A DNA stretch of 64,000 nucleotides from Bacillota bacterium (GCA_040766745.1 JAXGPX010000001.1:432065-496064); one strand, 5' to 3'; counted from the first letter of the stretch, positions 1 through 9,422 are shown. Numbers and translations: made by a program. The notes: a model not told the origin generated them from the letters alone.

Positions 1-114
1 TACATGAAGATCACAAAAATCCGAATCAAAATACTTACGGCCAGCACTGGGACTTTCCGAGACCTGTTTACCGGCAATCGGGTTATCGCACTTGTTCAGG
101 CACCTTTGATTCAA

Positions 115-417
115 TTAGTTCCTTGGGCCGACGATTAGTTTTATCGCAGTTCGTTCCTGCCCATCTATCATTATGTCGGTAAAGGCGGGAACACATACAA
201 GGTCGATGCCGCTAGGTGCCACAAACCCGCGAGCGATTGCAACGGCTTTTATGGCCTGGTTGATAGCACCGGCACCTATGCCTTGTATTTCGGCGTAACC
301 TCGCTCCCTAACAACTCCTGCTAATGCTCCTGCTACTGCATTGGGGTTTGATTTTGAGGAGACTTTAAGGACATCAACTGACGCGGTCTCTCGGCGATCT
401 GCGTTGGCTACTCCCAA
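115..417 (-). CDS. spoVS: Stage V sporulation protein S
   Basis: 100-aa ORF. The core LKVSSKSNPNAVAGALAGVVRERG...AIKAVAIARGFVAPSGIDLVCVPAFTDI...ERTAIKLIV matches the Bacillus SpoVS pattern. TTG start at 415-417 with GGAGGG 6 nt upstream. About 14 extra N-terminal residues compared with B. subtilis. Confidence 0.9.
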   Translation of the reverse strand: MGVANADRRETASVDVLKVSSKSNPNAVAGALAGVVRERGYAEIQGIGAGAINQAIKAVAIARGFVAPSGIDLVCVPAFTDIMIDGQERTAIKLIVGPRN

Positions 418-500
418 TGTTATCCCTCCACTTATAATAACTCAACTGCGGAAACTACCAATTTGTTACAATTAGGGTTGCCGAATCTTGGTGTATTTCC

Positions 501-529
501 ATTCTAATGGTAATCAATGTATTTGACAA
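501..529 (-). promoter_or_regulatory. Candidate sigma-A-type promoter for spoVS (TTGTCA-17 nt-TAGAAT)
   Basis: On the minus strand, TTGTCA (524-529) and TAGAAT (501-506) are separated by exactly 17 nt, about 85 nt upstream of the spoVS start. Confidence 0.3.
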
Positions 530-601
530 GGAGTTTTTGCGGTATTTGGAAGGAAGTAATGGCTAAGTCAAAACAAGTTCAGAGAAGCATTGCAGATTTC
601 C

Positions 602-1381
602 CTACTCCCTAATCAGGAGACGCTGGATCTTTTCTGCTTTTCCAGATGGGTTAATCACACAGAAAACTGCGGATAACTGCCTCTTGCCTTTGGCAGGCTC
701 GTGCCTTACAGGCAATTGGGTTAGGAAATGTTTTAAGATAATCTCTCGCTTTACTCCAATGACCCCTTCGTAGCTTCCTGTCATTCCTGCATCAGTAATA
801 TAGGCAGTCCCGTTAGGCAGTATTATATCGTCAGCTGTTTGGACATGGGTGTGAGTACCGAAAAATGAACTCACTCTTCCATCAACGTACCAGCCTGCTG
901 CCACCTTTTCAGATGACGCTTCACCGTGGAAATCTATGACTATGACAGGAGTGATTGTTCGTAATCTGCAAATCTCACTGTCCAGGATTCGAAACGGGCA
1001 ATCGAAATTTTGAGGGGAAAACACCCTTCCGCAGACGTTTATAACTCCTACTGAGGTGCTGTTTCGAGCCACATAAATCCCTGAACCTTTTCCGGGAATT
1101 CCAGGCGGGTAGTTCGCAGGCCTCAGAATTCTCTTGTCCGCATCTATCACCGGATAAATCTCTTTCTTGTCCCATATATGATTACCTGAAGTTATCACAT
1201 CTACGCCTGCAGAAAACATCTCATCGGCCGTCTCTCTTGTTAGGCCCGTCCCTCCGGCTGCATTCTCTCCGTTGGCTATTGTAAAGTCCACCTGGTATTC
1301 ATCGATGAGCTCAGGGAGTACAGTTTTTAAGTATGATCTGCCCGGCGAGCCGAATACATCTCCAACAAACAGTAAATTCAT
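602..1381 (-). CDS. ymdB: YmdB-family metallophosphoesterase (TIGR00282-type, 2',3'-cyclic-nucleotide phosphodiesterase-like)
   Basis: Motifs LFVGDVFGSPGR, ANGENAAGGTGLT, SGNHIWDKKE and GTHTHVQTAD are present. Synteny is rny-ymdB-spoVS as in Bacillus. The ATG at 1381 (MNLLFVGD) is preferred because GAGGT lies 5 nt upstream. The ORF track starts 4 codons earlier. Confidence 0.88.
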   Translation of the reverse strand: MNLLFVGDVFGSPGRSYLKTVLPELIDEYQVDFTIANGENAAGGTGLTRETADEMFSAGVDVITSGNHIWDKKEIYPVIDADKRILRPANYPPGIPGKGSGIYVARNSTSVGVINVCGRVFSPQNFDCPFRILDSEICRLRTITPVIVIDFHGEASSEKVAAGWYVDGRVSSFFGTHTHVQTADDIILPNGTAYITDAGMTGSYEGVIGVKREIILKHFLTQLPVRHEPAKGKRQLSAVFCVINPSGKAEKIQRLLIRE

Positions 1382-1389
1382 GGTATACC

Positions 1390-1938
1390 TCACTTATCGA
1401 AGACGAGTACTTTCTCTCCTTCGCGTAATGCAACAAGTTTTCTTGGGCACTGAATCTCCCTTACTTGATCCAGCATCTCTTGTAAGAAAAATCTGGCTGA
1501 CCATGAGAAATCGGTATCGTCGGTAATAGTTGAATCGTCAAGGGCTGACAAAACAGGAACATTTTCTGAAACCAGTGCTGCAGTAAGGCTTAGTTCCCCA
1601 GTAGATAATGAGGCTACGTCTCTCTCTACTTGGAATGAGCAAAACTCGTCCATGCCCTCCCAAGAGCAATTCACAAAGCCCTTTTTCAAGCCTTCCAGTC
1701 CAAGATATACGTCTATTGACTGGCGGTAAAGTCTCTCCAACCTAGCCTGCCGTGATTTGCTGATAGGACCTTGACACAGGAATACCAGACTCAACCCGCG
1801 TTTTTCCGGATCGAAAACAGCCCTCGATACCTGAGGAAAAGCCACCAGCAAGGTGGCAAGCACTTCAATATCCTTTTGGGAGACCCGATTGCGCTTGTTT
1901 CGGCGCTTCACTTTGTCAACGCCAATGTTATCACTCAT
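1390..1938 (-). CDS. Hypothetical protein (182 aa) encoded between rny and ymdB
   Basis: Clean ORF with an ATG start. Its TGA stop lies inside the ymdB Shine-Dalgarno sequence, 8 nt from the ymdB ATG. It has a basic N-terminus (KVKRRNKRNR) and an acidic central/C-terminal part. I recognise no family. Confidence 0.6.
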   Translation of the reverse strand: MSDNIGVDKVKRRNKRNRVSQKDIEVLATLLVAFPQVSRAVFDPEKRGLSLVFLCQGPISKSRQARLERLYRQSIDVYLGLEGLKKGFVNCSWEGMDEFCSFQVERDVASLSTGELSLTAALVSENVPVLSALDDSTITDDTDFSWSARFFLQEMLDQVREIQCPRKLVALREGEKVLVFDK

Positions 1939-2051
1939 GTCATCTACCTACTTCTAGGGCCCGGTTCGCCGAAACGCCCTTAATGCCCGGTTGTGTATTC
2001 CGAGCACCGGGCTTGCATGTAGCCGGGCCCGGCGCCCGGATTTTGCGGAAT

Positions 2052-3590
2052 TTACTTAGCGTAACCAACCGCCCTTGTTTCTCTGATAACAGTCACCTTA
2101 ATTTGCCCGGGATACTCAAGCTCTTTTTCAATTCTCTTAACAATATCCCGTGCCAGAGTAACTGAACCAAGGTCATCGATTCGTTCAGGCTTGACCATTA
2201 TTCTGATTTCGCGGCCTGCTTGTATGGCATACGATTTTTCTACACCGTCAAATGAATTGGCAATGTCTTCTAGTTTCTCCAACCGCTTAAGATACATCTC
2301 GAGGGTTTCTCTTCGAGCTCCTGGGCGCGCCGCCGATATGGCATCTGCTGCGGCCACCAAAAACGCCTCAACAGATTGGGGCTCTACATCGCCATGGTGA
2401 GCCTCAATGGCGCGTATTACATCATGGGATTCCCTGTACCTTCTGAGAAGGTTAACTCCTATGGCTACGTGGGAACCCTCAACCTCGTGATCAACGGCTT
2501 TTCCAATATCGTGCAGAAGCCCGGCACGCTTGGCCATTGTAACTTCAGCTCCGATTTCGGCAGCCATATTTGCAGCAAGTTGCGCAACTTCGATTGAATG
2601 CTTTAGTACATTCTGGCCGTAACTGGTCCTGAACCTCAATCTACCAAGCAGTTTGATAAGTTCAGGATGAAGTCCGTGGACACTAAGCTGAAGGGCTGCC
2701 TGTTCACCTTCTTGCTTAATGATAGTCTCTACGTCTTTTTGCGCCTTTTCTACCATTTCTTCTATACGTGCAGGGTGGATACGGCCGTCAGCCACGAGCC
2801 TTTCCAGGGCAAGACGGGCAACCTCTCTCCTTATCGGATCGAAACCTGACAGGATGACAGCTTCGGGGGTATCATCGATGATGAGTTCAATCCCTGTAAG
2901 AGTCTCAAGTGTCCTAATATTTCTACCCTCTCTACCTATTATCCTGCCTTTCATCTCATCGCTTGGCAGCTCAACTACTGACACGGTGTTCTCTGCAACG
3001 TGATCCGCAGCACACCTTTGGATGGCCAGGGCTACTATTGACCGGGACTTTTGCTCAGCCTCTTCCCTGGCCTGTGCTTCAGTGTCCCTGATTAGCCTGG
3101 CGCTTTCCTCTTTGAGAGTCTCCCTGACTTCTTGAAGAATCTTATCGCGGGCACTGTCTCTGGAAAGTCCGGAGATCCGTTCCAGTTCCTTCATGGATTC
3201 TTCCTGCAATCCTTCAAGAATCCGTTCCTTTTCGGCGAAGGCCTTCTCTTGCTTTGACAGGTTCTCTTCTCTTTGAATCATAGTTTCCTGCCTTCGTTCA
3301 AGAGATTCTTCTTTGTTTATCAGCCTGCGCTCAAGGCGTTGTATTTCCTGGCGCCTTTCGCGTACATCTTTGTCAACTTCATCCCTGATCTTTTGGGCGC
3401 TGTCCCTGGCCTCCAGAAGAATCTCTCTTTGCTTGGTTTCAGCGGCCTTGGTGGCCTGTTCCAATACTCTCTTAGCTTCAGCCTCGGCAGATTTGATCTT
3501 GGCCTCGCCGATCATGCGGCGAAGAAAGTATCCAACTACAGCCCCTGAAACGATAACTAATACATATACGATATACTGCAAAAACTGCAA
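2052..3590 (-). CDS. rny: Ribonuclease Y
   Basis: N-terminal TM helix and a long charged coiled coil. KH motif [15 protein letters not shown] and HD motif [15 protein letters not shown] start at 3588-3590 with GGAGGAGGTG upstream. Confidence 0.95.
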   Translation of the reverse strand: MQFLQYIVYVLVIVSGAVVGYFLRRMIGEAKIKSAEAEAKRVLEQATKAAETKQREILLEARDSAQKIRDEVDKDVRERRQEIQRLERRLINKEESLERRQETMIQREENLSKQEKAFAEKERILEGLQEESMKELERISGLSRDSARDKILQEVRETLKEESARLIRDTEAQAREEAEQKSRSIVALAIQRCAADHVAENTVSVVELPSDEMKGRIIGREGRNIRTLETLTGIELIIDDTPEAVILSGFDPIRREVARLALERLVADGRIHPARIEEMVEKAQKDVETIIKQEGEQAALQLSVHGLHPELIKLLGRLRFRTSYGQNVLKHSIEVAQLAANMAAEIGAEVTMAKRAGLLHDIGKAVDHEVEGSHVAIGVNLLRRYRESHDVIRAIEAHHGDVEPQSVEAFLVAAADAISAARPGARRETLEMYLKRLEKLEDIANSFDGVEKSYAIQAGREIRIMVKPERIDDLGSVTLARDIVKRIEKELEYPGQIKVTVIRETRAVGYAK

Positions 3591-3607
3591 ATGCTGTCAC
3601 CTCCTCC

Positions 3608-3640
3608 GCAAACAGAAAATGCCGAGCAGTGCCCGGCATA
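3608..3640 (-). terminator. Terminator-like hairpin with U-tract immediately upstream of the rny RBS
   Basis: The minus strand reads ATGCCGGG-CACTG-CTCGGCAT (8 bp including one G-U, 3619-3639) followed by TTTCTGTTT. It ends about 10 nt before the rny SD. It could terminate recA-recX transcripts or act as an rny leader attenuator. Confidence 0.4.
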
Positions 3641-3844
3641 CTGGCTCAACTATACAAATACCTGGTTTTAGGGCCTATTCATACTGACTCGAAATAAGCC
3701 TCAAACTGAAATATGACTTTATATTCACAAGGCCATACATTCTAACGGCCCCTGAGTCTAGTCAAAATCATAGTTATTACTATCAGCTCGCAATGACACT
3801 GCCAATAAATAACCCAGGCATAAGATTAAACCAGTATCACACGC

Positions 3845-4315
3845 CTACTCTACGTCACCTGCCGGGCCAAATGTCCTGACTACCGAGAATATAGTTTCTC
3901 CGGTAAACCCCCGGCGTGAAAGCCACCTGGCCAGGCGTTCTGCGTCTTTCAATGTCCATTGGGATCTGCCCTTTGCATACTGTCTTGCGGCAGCATGCGC
4001 CAGGCATCTTTCGTCTAGTTCAGAATATACCTCTTGAACCAATGCTTCGACGAGTTCTTTGCTAAAGCGCCGTTTCTCAAGTTCGTAAAAGCACCGTCTC
4101 TTGCCACACGGGGCGTTTCGTACCATTGCCGCCAGAATATCCCTGGCAAGAACTATATCGTTAAGATAACCCCATTCCTCCAGCTTTTCAACACATGCCT
4201 CTATGTCATCTGGCATGAATCCTTTTCGCGAGAGCAAAAATCGCATTTGACCTGAACTGACTTGCCGCCTTGATAGGATGCTCAGGGCTGCATTCATAGG
4301 TGTTTTATTTCCCAT
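3845..4315 (-). CDS. recX: Recombination regulator RecX
   Basis: Helical-repeat protein directly downstream of recA. Start assigned to the ATG at 4315 ([14 protein letters not shown]...), which overlaps the recA 3' end by 11 nt. The longer ORF-track start at 4453 would lie deep inside recA. Confidence 0.8.
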   Translation of the reverse strand: MGNKTPMNAALSILSRRQVSSGQMRFLLSRKGFMPDDIEACVEKLEEWGYLNDIVLARDILAAMVRNAPCGKRRCFYELEKRRFSKELVEALVQEVYSELDERCLAHAAARQYAKGRSQWTLKDAERLARWLSRRGFTGETIFSVVRTFGPAGDVE

Positions 4316-5351
4316 CACCAACACCGGACTTGCGAGCCTTATCAGACTCACTGTTTTCCGGATTGAGTAAAGCCCTGATCTTCGCTTCAACCTCTTGGCT
4401 GACCTCAGGGTTGTTCTTGAAATACTGCCTGGCGGCTTCTTTGCCTTGTCCAAGGCGAGTATCTCCGTATGAATACCAGGTTCCGGTTCTGGTAACTATG
4501 TCCTGGGCGACACCTACATCTAGAAGTGAGCCCTCTTTGGAAATCCCTTCTCCGAAGATTATGTCAAATTCTGCATCTCTAAAAGGTGGCGATAACTTGT
4601 TTTTTACAACCCGTACCCTGGTTCTCGCGCCTATTGTTTCCTGGCCTTGTTTCAAGTTCTCGATTCTCCGCACATCAAGCCTCACAGACGAGTAGAACTT
4701 GAGAGCTCTCCCACCAGGGGTAACTTCAGGGTTTCCAAACATAATACCGATTTTCTCACGGATCTGGTTTATGAAAATGGCGGTTGACCTTGACTTTGAC
4801 ACCACTGCAGTAAGCTTCCTCAATGCTTGAGACATCAAACGTGCCTGGAGGCCTACATGGGAGTCTCCCATTTCGCCTTCGATTTCGGCACGAGGGGCCA
4901 AAGCCGCAACAGAGTCTACTACTACGCAGTCGACAGCACCGCTTCGTACAAGGGCTTCAACGATTTCAAGCGCCTGCTCACCTGTATCAGGCTGGGAAAT
5001 CAGCAGGTTGTCTATGTCAACCCCCAACCTTTGTGCATACATCGGATCCAGAGCGTGTTCAGCGTCTATAAATGCGGCAATTCCTCCCGCCTTCTGCGCC
5101 TCTGCGATAATATGCAGAGCGACGGTGGTTTTGCCTGAACCTTCAGGGCCATAAATCTCAACGATTCGCCCGCGAGGTATACCTCCGATTCCAAGAGCAA
5201 TGTCCAGCGCCAGGGCACCGGTTGGAATAACATCTACCGTCATCTTCTGAGAAGCTTCTCCGAATCTCATTATAGAGCCTTTGCCGAATTGCTTCTCTAT
5301 TTGAGCAACCGCCAACTCTAGGGCCTTTTCTTTTTCTAACATTAGTTTCAC
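4305..5351 (-). CDS. recA: Recombinase RecA
   Basis: Full-length RecA pattern: Walker [10 protein letters not shown], plus FIDAEHALD and [25 protein letters not shown]. Confidence 0.98.
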   Translation of the reverse strand: MKLMLEKEKALELAVAQIEKQFGKGSIMRFGEASQKMTVDVIPTGALALDIALGIGGIPRGRIVEIYGPEGSGKTTVALHIIAEAQKAGGIAAFIDAEHALDPMYAQRLGVDIDNLLISQPDTGEQALEIVEALVRSGAVDCVVVDSVAALAPRAEIEGEMGDSHVGLQARLMSQALRKLTAVVSKSRSTAIFINQIREKIGIMFGNPEVTPGGRALKFYSSVRLDVRRIENLKQGQETIGARTRVRVVKNKLSPPFRDAEFDIIFGEGISKEGSLLDVGVAQDIVTRTGTWYSYGDTRLGQGKEAARQYFKNNPEVSQEVEAKIRALLNPENSESDKARKSGVGDGK

Positions 5352-5394
5352 TCCTTAGAGTCGCCTTGACACCCTGGCAGTCCATTCCCAGTCA

Positions 5395-5423
5395 AGTATA
5401 ACATCAGGCAGAATACGGGGCAA
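5395..5423 (-). promoter_or_regulatory. Candidate recA promoter (TTGCCC-17 nt-TATACT)
   Basis: On the minus strand, -35 TTGCCC (5418-5423) and -10 TATACT (5395-5400) have a 17-nt spacer. The element sits directly downstream of the LexA-like box. Confidence 0.4.
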
Positions 5424-5429
5424 CGGAAT

Positions 5430-5443
5430 TACACATATGTTCG
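5430..5443 (-). promoter_or_regulatory. LexA (Cheo-type SOS) box upstream of recA
   Basis: The minus strand reads CGAACATATGTGT. The left half matches the Firmicute consensus CGAAC-N4-GTTCG perfectly and the right half is degenerate. The position just upstream of the -35 is typical for recA. Confidence 0.5.
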
Positions 5444-5445
5444 CT

Positions 5446-6078
5446 CTACTCTTGACCGGGAAATGGAAAACTTGCCAGTACCGAGTATACCGGCCCTTTA
5501 GGCGTCAACTGACTCTCCATTAAGAACACTTCTGAGGCTTGCCAGTGCAGTTCAGGGTTATTTCCGAATCTATGAAGATAACCCTTTTTGAAATCAGAGA
5601 ATGATTGGGCCCAAGGATCCTCATTGGCGCTGTAACCGGAGCCGGCCCGTTCTTTCCGCCTTGCCAGAGTTATGTGGGTTCGAAAAGGTTTGTTATCATG
5701 GAATCCCAGACGGGCCAACCCGGCCCGCAAGTCCCGGGCAAGTTTAATGATTTCGGTTTTCCCGTGGCCAATTCCGATGTACAGAACTCTGGGCAGGCCT
5801 TTTTCAGGAAAAGCTGAGGCTTCGCCCAGGGAAATACTGAAACCAGGAGTCCTGGCAGCTGATGTTTGAATCACGTCTCGGATTTCGGGAACCAGTGATC
5901 TCCTCACACCGTTGCCTAGAAATTGCAGTGTAATATGCAAATTCTCTGTTTGGACAAAGCGATAGTCCGGGAAAGACTTTATTGCTTCTGCGCGAAATGA
6001 TTGCAGAAATGCCTTGATGCCTGTCTGTACCGGAAGTGCCACAAAGCCTCGGAAACTATCTTCCTGCATTAGGTTCAC
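5446..6078 (-). CDS. thpR: RNA 2',3'-cyclic phosphodiesterase / 2'-5' RNA ligase family (ThpR/LigT)
   Basis: Two HxT/S motifs characteristic of the 2H phosphoesterase superfamily: HITLQFLG and HITLARRK. Confidence 0.8.
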   Translation of the reverse strand: MNLMQEDSFRGFVALPVQTGIKAFLQSFRAEAIKSFPDYRFVQTENLHITLQFLGNGVRRSLVPEIRDVIQTSAARTPGFSISLGEASAFPEKGLPRVLYIGIGHGKTEIIKLARDLRAGLARLGFHDNKPFRTHITLARRKERAGSGYSANEDPWAQSFSDFKKGYLHRFGNNPELHWQASEVFLMESQLTPKGPVYSVLASFPFPGQE

Positions 6079-6084
6079 ATCCTC

Positions 6085-7329
6085 TTATGTACGGTGTTCT
6101 GTCAGGAACCGGTACAGAGTGTACAGGGCTCGTTGGGCCGCGTATGCTTTGGTTCTTGACCTTGAACTTGGATGGACTATTTTGTCGACGCTTGTGCCTT
6201 TTTTGCTGCTGATGCCGATGTACACTGTGCCTACAGGTTCATCTGGGGTCCCCCCGTCAGGGCCTGCAAACCCTGTTGTGGCAAGTCCTAGGTCAGCTCC
6301 TGCCAGAAGGCGTATGCTTTCTGCCATGGACATTGCCACTTCCTGGTTTACTGCCTGATCTTTGTGCACGGCTTCAGGCGGAATCCCAAGTTGTGACATC
6401 TTAATCCCGGAGTCGTACGCAACCATACCCATCTTGAAGTACTTGGAACTACCGGGCACTTCGGTTATTCTGTGCGAGACCAGGCCGCCTGTTACAGACT
6501 CGGCTACGGCGAGTGTAAGCCCCTTTCTTCGCAAGAGCTTTCCAATGGCTTCCTCGAGAGTGTCGTCGTTTTTCCCATATATGTGATGGCCCAATCTGCG
6601 TCGCACTTCTTTTTCCATGGTTGAAATCAGGCCCATGGTCTCGGCTTCATTGTGGCCCCTTGCAGCAATTCTGAGCCTTACCTGGCCTGTACCTGTATAT
6701 GGTGCCAAGGATGGATTCTCGCTGGCCATCAAATCCTTTACTGCTTCTGCAACCTTAGATTCTGGCAGCCCCACTACATTGAGATTTACGTAGTGAATTG
6801 GCACCAGATCGTTAAAGTGCTGCCTTATGAGGGGGATCACATATGTCTCAAACATTGGCTTCATTTCAAAAGGAGGCCCGGGCAGCAGGACGGCCAGTTT
6901 GCCGTCAAAAAGTACTCCTTGGCCTGGGGCCGTGCCTGCCGGATTGTGAATGAAGAAACCGCCGGACACTATGTACGCCTGTTTCTTGTCGGAAATATCG
7001 CTTAGGCGCCTGCGTTTTGTGAACCATTCTTCAATACTCGCCCATGCTGTTTCATCAAATACAAGGGTTCGCTTCAACGCTGAAGCGAGGCAGTGGGCAG
7101 TCAGATCGTCTTCAGTAGGGCCCAGGCCTCCGGTAGCTATGATAATATCGGCCCGGCTTATTGACTCCTCAAAAGCCGAAAGGAGCCGGCCTGGGTTATC
7201 CCCCACTGTTATTCTTCTATACACGTTTACCCCAATATCTCTCAAACGTGATGACAGATACTGTGCATTGGTATCAGTAATCTCGCCTAGCAGAAGTTCG
7301 GTACCTATAGATATAATCTCGGCCTGCAA
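6085..7329 (-). CDS. cinA: Competence/damage-inducible protein CinA (MoCF-like domain plus nicotinamide-nucleotide amidohydrolase domain)
   Basis: N-terminus MQAEIISIGTELLLGEITDTNAQYLS, a C-terminal PncC-like domain (LAVAESVTGG) and 414 aa in length. Located upstream of recA as in Bacillus. Confidence 0.9.
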   Translation of the reverse strand: MQAEIISIGTELLLGEITDTNAQYLSSRLRDIGVNVYRRITVGDNPGRLLSAFEESISRADIIIATGGLGPTEDDLTAHCLASALKRTLVFDETAWASIEEWFTKRRRLSDISDKKQAYIVSGGFFIHNPAGTAPGQGVLFDGKLAVLLPGPPFEMKPMFETYVIPLIRQHFNDLVPIHYVNLNVVGLPESKVAEAVKDLMASENPSLAPYTGTGQVRLRIAARGHNEAETMGLISTMEKEVRRRLGHHIYGKNDDTLEEAIGKLLRRKGLTLAVAESVTGGLVSHRITEVPGSSKYFKMGMVAYDSGIKMSQLGIPPEAVHKDQAVNQEVAMSMAESIRLLAGADLGLATTGFAGPDGGTPDEPVGTVYIGISSKKGTSVDKIVHPSSRSRTKAYAAQRALYTLYRFLTEHRT

Positions 7330-7368
7330 CGCACCACCCCCGAAATGTACAGGAGTTTACACTCTCCC

Positions 7369-8895
7369 TTATACTTTACTTCTTCGGGCAGGTGGTTTCC
7401 TCCATCTCCAAGAAAGTCCCGCTGGAGAACCAAGGAAATTCTGCAATTCGGCGCCTGAAATTGATTCTTCTTCAAAAAGCCTGCGTGACAATGATACAAG
7501 AGCAGAATGATACTTCTTGATTATCCTTGAAGCCGACATTTCTGCCCTCTTAATTATGTCGTTAGCCGCCCGTGCAATAATCTCAGGAGGAGCTGTTTCT
7601 CTGTCTACAACTCCGATTGGCGACATGCCATACATTACTATTTTTTTGGCAAGGTCAAGGGCTCTTTGAAAGTCATTGCCCGCCCCTGTGCTCCTTGAAC
7701 CGAACAGCTGATCCTCTGCAATGGCTCCTGCAAGCAGGATCTGAATCTCTTCTTCAAGCACTTCCCTGGGATAAAGATACCTGTCTTCAGAAGGTGAGTG
7801 CCTCACAAAACCTAGGGCGTTTCCTCTGGGAGAGACTGTGACATGGGCCACAGATCCTGGCCGCACAACCTCGGCAACTACTGCATGGCCGGCTTCATGG
7901 GCACAAACCCGTTGCATTTCGCTGTCTGACGGGCGCCTTTCAAGTTTTTCCCCTAGAATTACCTTGTTCAGGGCTTCGGCCAGGTCGGCCGAGGATATGG
8001 CAACCCCACCTCTCCGTAAAGTCAGAATAGCTGCTTCATTACACAGGCTCTCAAGATGAGCTCCGGATAGCCCAAATGTCTCTCTGGCCAGGTTGTCCAG
8101 GCTGACATCACTCGAGAGGGGTTTGTTTCTTAGGTGGAGATTCAGAATCTCCAGCCGGCCGTCTTTATCGGGAAGATCAACTCTGACAGTGCGATCGAAC
8201 CGTCCGGGCCTTAGAATCGCAGGATCCAGCAGGTCCGGCCTGTTTGTTGCCGCCACCACAAGGATCCTTGTACCGTTGTCGAAAGTCAGTCCATCCATTT
8301 CTACCAGCAGCTGGTTGAGAGTCTGGTCGTATTCCAAATGTCCTGCCTGGGATCCGCGTTTGCCTGCCAAAACCTCAATCTCATCGATGAATATTATCGC
8401 TCCCGATCTGCCGCGGTCTTTGGCAAGCTTTCGGGCCCTGGAAAATAGGTCTCTTACTCTCTGAGCCCCTAGTCCGGCATAAACCTCAATGAACTCTGAC
8501 CCTGAAGCCGAAATGAATACAGAATCTGTGTAGTTTGCAGCTGCTTTTGCCAGAAGGGTTTTTCCGGTTCCCGGAGGGCCGGTTAGCAAAATTCCCTTTA
8601 GTGGGCGGATACCTAGCTTATTTGCTTTTTCATAGATTCTAAGAAATTCAAGTGCCTCTATGAGTTCCCTCTTGGCAACGTTCTGGCCTCCCACATCTTC
8701 GAACCTGACGTTAGGGCTTTCTCCAACAAGGGCGCCTACTTTTCGCCTTCCGAAGTCCTTGATTTGCCCACCTGATGTATAAAGAAAGTAGCCCAGGCCT
8801 CCAAGCAGAAGAACAGGCCATACGTTTACTTTGATTGCAATGAGGAAGGCCAGAACCCCCAATCCTATGCCGATAATGGCTTCTTGTTGTTTCAT
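7369..8895 (-). CDS. Short FtsH-like AAA+ zinc metalloprotease (no extracytoplasmic domain)
   Basis: Two adjacent TM helices are joined by a loop of about 2 residues. Walker A GPPGTGKT, Walker B IIFIDEIE, SRH ATNRPDLLDPAILRPGRFDR and M41 zinc site HEAGHAV are present. It is 508 aa, against about 600-650 for canonical FtsH. Confidence 0.85.
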   Translation of the reverse strand: MKQQEAIIGIGLGVLAFLIAIKVNVWPVLLLGGLGYFLYTSGGQIKDFGRRKVGALVGESPNVRFEDVGGQNVAKRELIEALEFLRIYEKANKLGIRPLKGILLTGPPGTGKTLLAKAAANYTDSVFISASGSEFIEVYAGLGAQRVRDLFSRARKLAKDRGRSGAIIFIDEIEVLAGKRGSQAGHLEYDQTLNQLLVEMDGLTFDNGTRILVVAATNRPDLLDPAILRPGRFDRTVRVDLPDKDGRLEILNLHLRNKPLSSDVSLDNLARETFGLSGAHLESLCNEAAILTLRRGGVAISSADLAEALNKVILGEKLERRPSDSEMQRVCAHEAGHAVVAEVVRPGSVAHVTVSPRGNALGFVRHSPSEDRYLYPREVLEEEIQILLAGAIAEDQLFGSRSTGAGNDFQRALDLAKKIVMYGMSPIGVVDRETAPPEIIARAANDIIKRAEMSASRIIKKYHSALVSLSRRLFEEESISGAELQNFLGSPAGLSWRWRKPPARRSKV

Positions 8896-9422
8896 AGTTC
8901 TGTGCCTCCTTTCCCTTCTTTAAGGTCTACAATTCGGTAAAGGTAGTTGTCTTCAAGGCGGAGCTGGACGTAGATTCTTCCGCCGTTTACAGTAAGCCTG
9001 AAACCATCTATTCCCGCCTGCTTCAAAACTGACGCTGACTCACGTGCCATTTCCCCGAAGTTCCCTCGTATCCTGGCTTCTTCAATGAAGTAGTGGATTG
9101 AGCCATAGGCTTCTTCCAGGGTTTCATTGGAAGCATCTTTAAGCACCAGTTCATAAGGCCGGCTACCAAGGATGTCACGGACAGTCTCTTCAATTCGCGA
9201 GTGAGCCAGCGATAGATCGTCAACATACTTGAGGCCTACTTTGACCACGGTTTTGTCTTGAGAAGCTGTGATTTCACTCCATATTACGTCGGCATCTTTT
9301 GCCAGGCGGTTCTCAAGGGGCTTTTTCAATCCTATGATCCGATAGGAGAAACTGGCAAGGCTTAGGCCCGAAAGTATCAAGAGAGCCCATAGCAGCACAT
9401 ATTTCCAGCGAACGTTTCTCAT
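8892..9422 (-). CDS. Hypothetical single-pass membrane protein translationally coupled to the FtsH-like gene
   Basis: The ATG at 9422 (MRNVRWKYVLLWALLILSGLSLA...) has GGAGGGGAGG upstream. Its stop overlaps the start of the AAA protease gene (ATGA). No recognisable family. Confidence 0.6.
   Translation of the reverse strand: MRNVRWKYVLLWALLILSGLSLASFSYRIIGLKKPLENRLAKDADVIWSEITASQDKTVVKVGLKYVDDLSLAHSRIEETVRDILGSRPYELVLKDASNETLEEAYGSIHYFIEEARIRGNFGEMARESASVLKQAGIDGFRLTVNGGRIYVQLRLEDNYLYRIVDLKEGKGGTEL

Noticed and set aside
1-114. Open frames at the left edge. Plus frame 1 is open into spoVS. The minus frame is open from a TTG at 114 to the window edge and reads LNQRCLNKCDNPIAGKQ...
   Set aside because: The fragment is too short to identify a product, and two frames are open simultaneously. 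A minus-strand gene starting at TTG 112-114 (AAGGA 5 nt upstream) is possible but cannot be supported.
4300-4695. Long antisense or alternative-frame ORFs throughout the window, for example 4300-4695(+), 6950-7510(+), 16506-16949(+), 27623-28129(+), 30120-30725(+), 33389-33964(+), 39600-40040(-), 45233-45640(-) and 59336-59911(+).
   Set aside because: Each lies inside a confidently identified gene on the opposite strand or in another frame. They have no SD or start context and low-complexity, Pro/Ser/Arg-rich translations typical of shadow ORFs.
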